From Bacteroidia bacterium (GTDB lineage Bacteria > Bacteroidota > Bacteroidia > M30B66), in the NCBI GenBank assembly GCA_965279035.1, contig OZ257142.1, positions 1,280,001 to 1,344,000 on the forward strand: a stretch of 64,000 bases of DNA, written 5' to 3'. Shown here in pieces: positions 62,139-64,000 of this stretch. The translations under genes and the position numbers were made by a program. Every line of letters begins with the position of its first letter. Positions within the stretch are counted from its first letter, which is position 1. Under the pieces are notes generated by a model. It was not told the DNA's origin. It worked only from the letters and a program-made list of their open reading frames with translations, and made no database searches.

Positions 62139-62755
62139 TGCTTATTCGAATTCACCCACAAACACCTGATCCTCGCCAGCTTAAAAAGGTCGTGGAAATT
62201 TTACGTGATGGTGGGGTGATTATTTATCCTACTGATGGTGTTTATGCCTTTGGTTGTGATATTCAGAAATCAAAAGCAGTTGAACGTGTTGCTCAATTAA
62301 AAGGTATCAAACCAGAGAAAGCCGACTTTTCTTTTGTTTTTGATGATTTGCGCCATATAACAGAATACACTCGTCCTGTTGACACTCCGGTATATAAACT
62401 CATGAAGAGTTGTTTACCCGGACCCTATACGTTTATTCTGAATGCAAATAATAGTGTTCCGAAACTGTTCAAGAACAACAAAAGAACCTTGGGAATCCGA
62501 ATTCCGGATAATGCTATTTGTAGGGCAATCGTTACCGAATTGGGTAGTCCGATTATATCAAGTTCAGTTCATGATGAAGATGATATCATCGAATACACAA
62601 CAGATCCTGAATTAATACATGAACGCTATCGGGATTTGGTAGATGCTGTGATTGATGGTGGATATGGAGCATTACTACCTTCAACAATTGTTGATTGTAC
62701 AGGGAATGTTCCTGAACTGATTAGGCAAGGTGCTGGAGAAGTTGATTTTGATTAA
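62138..62755 (+). CDS. Sua5/YciO/YrdC family protein (L-threonylcarbamoyladenylate synthase-like)
   Basis: IYPTDGVYA, LPGPYTFIL, GIRIPD, STIVD, RQGAG. Confidence 0.88.
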   Translation: MLIRIHPQTPDPRQLKKVVEILRDGGVIIYPTDGVYAFGCDIQKSKAVERVAQLKGIKPEKADFSFVFDDLRHITEYTRPVDTPVYKLMKSCLPGPYTFILNANNSVPKLFKNNKRTLGIRIPDNAICRAIVTELGSPIISSSVHDEDDIIEYTTDPELIHERYRDLVDAVIDGGYGALLPSTIVDCTGNVPELIRQGAGEVDFD

Positions 62756-62758
62756 GCT

Positions 62759-63043
62759 TCAATCTTCGATGTCTATATCGTCTGTGAAGCTGATATAATT
62801 TTGAATGGCTTTAACTTTCGGATTGGGATTGGGGAAATAATGAGCGGCATCTGACTGCCGTTTACCATTCACTTCAATATGATAATAATTGGCTGTTCCT
62901 TTAATTGGGCAAACGGAATGTCTTTCGCTTTCTATGAAATAATTCGGTTTAACTGCGGTATGAGGAAAGTATTGTTTGCCTTCTAAGTGGATTATACGAT
63001 CACTTTCTGCGATCACAATTCCTTTCCAAAGTGCTTTTGCCAT
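62759..63043 (-). CDS. DUF427 domain protein
   Basis: WKGIVIAES, EG..YFP, CPIKGTANYY. Confidence 0.85.
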   Translation of the reverse strand: MAKALWKGIVIAESDRIIHLEGKQYFPHTAVKPNYFIESERHSVCPIKGTANYYHIEVNGKRQSDAAHYFPNPNPKVKAIQNYISFTDDIDIED

Positions 63044-63151
63044 AGCGGAGCTTTTTGATGACTCCACTAAAAGTATAGCAAAATATTCTGTTAATCAACT
63101 AAATACTGAAATAAAAAACTCAAAAAATGTTAAGACGGAAATGAAATATGC

Positions 63152-64000
63152 TCAATTCGTGGAACTAGATGGCGCATTAGGCTTTGGTCCTTTCCAGTTT
63201 CGACGCTTGTTTTTACCGTTTTGTTTTTTGGAAGGACTTGAACTTTCAGTTGTAGAATTTAATTCAGATTTCCCTTCGAATTTTTTAGCTGGTACGATTG
63301 GTCTGCTTTGAATTGGAACTGATGTTTCGGTTTTTTTTGAATGATGATTGGATTTTCCACCTTTCGATCTTCCGCCTTTCGGATTTTCCTTGTATTTCAA
63401 AGGTTCATAAAGTGGACCTTCTTCGAAATCGGCCGGTAAAGGATATTTATCGATCACTTTTTCAATCATATCTTCAATACGTTTGAATTTGCGTTGATCG
63501 GTTGGATTGACCAGTGTAACTGCTTCTCCCTTCGTTTCGGCTCTTGCTGTACGTCCAATGCGATGCACATAATCTTCTGGATCACCAGGGACATCATAAT
63601 TTACAACTAACTCAATTCCTTGTACATCTATTCCTCTTGAAACTACATCGGTAGCAACTAGGATTGTGACATTCTTATTCCGAAATCCGAGTAATACTTC
63701 TTCCCGTTGACTTTGATCCAAGTCTGAATGAATGGCTCCAACATTCAGCCCCATTTTGCGAAGTTCACGTTCAACTTCTTTCACTTTCTGTTTTGTACCA
63801 GCGAATAAAATGGCACTTTTCAAATTACGTCCTTGAAAGATATCCTTTAATAATAGGAGCTTTTGTGTATCGTAAACGAGATATGCACCTTGCTTAATTC
63901 CTTCGGCAGGTTTTGAAATGGAGATATTTATTTGAACTGGATCTTTCAACAGCTTGACCGCAAACTGCCGAATTTTACTAGGCATTGTAGCTGAGAAAAA
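63152..64000 (-). CDS. DEAD-box RNA helicase (C-terminal part; 5' end outside the window)
   Basis: SAT motif at the window edge, LVATDVVSRGID, YVHRIGRTAR, basic tail. Confidence 0.9.
   Translation of the reverse strand, partial: FFSATMPSKIRQFAVKLLKDPVQINISISKPAEGIKQGAYLVYDTQKLLLLKDIFQGRNLKSAILFAGTKQKVKEVERELRKMGLNVGAIHSDLDQSQREEVLLGFRNKNVTILVATDVVSRGIDVQGIELVVNYDVPGDPEDYVHRIGRTARAETKGEAVTLVNPTDQRKFKRIEDMIEKVIDKYPLPADFEEGPLYEPLKYKENPKGGRSKGGKSNHHSKKTETSVPIQSRPIVPAKKFEGKSELNSTTESSSPSKKQNGKNKRRNWKGPKPNAPSSSTN

Overview
Chromosomal window from an AT-rich Bacteroidota bacterium. The assignment rests on nine proteins with type IX secretion (T9SS) type-A C-terminal sorting domains, TAnnTTTG -7 promoter boxes and typical housekeeping genes (hemE, pyrG, pckA, yidC, adk, hpt, purK/purE, mdh, bshA, transaldolase, DEAD-box helicase). 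I see no rRNA, tRNA, CRISPR array, transposase or phage genes. The most notable parts are: (1) four tandem, separately terminated paralogous T9SS cargo genes (47976-55534) built from nine copies of an uncharacterised 'SLGFGG...YPE...YDxDG' domain, next to an orphan response regulator; (2) a three-gene operon (2214-4840) of an extended Rpe-like epimerase, a second divergent DAH7P-type synthase and an HTH-fused KdsC phosphatase, which looks like an alternative ulosonic-acid pathway; (3) a roughly 3,690-aa acidic T9SS protein with 9 CUB-like and 12 FN3-like repeats, preceded by a small basic two-repeat protein; (4) a lamin-tail protein / TonB-dependent receptor / endonuclease I cluster suggesting extracellular DNA use; (5) a possible 5-kb inversion separating pyrG from yidC. 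All assignments come from motif recognition by eye; no database searches were run.
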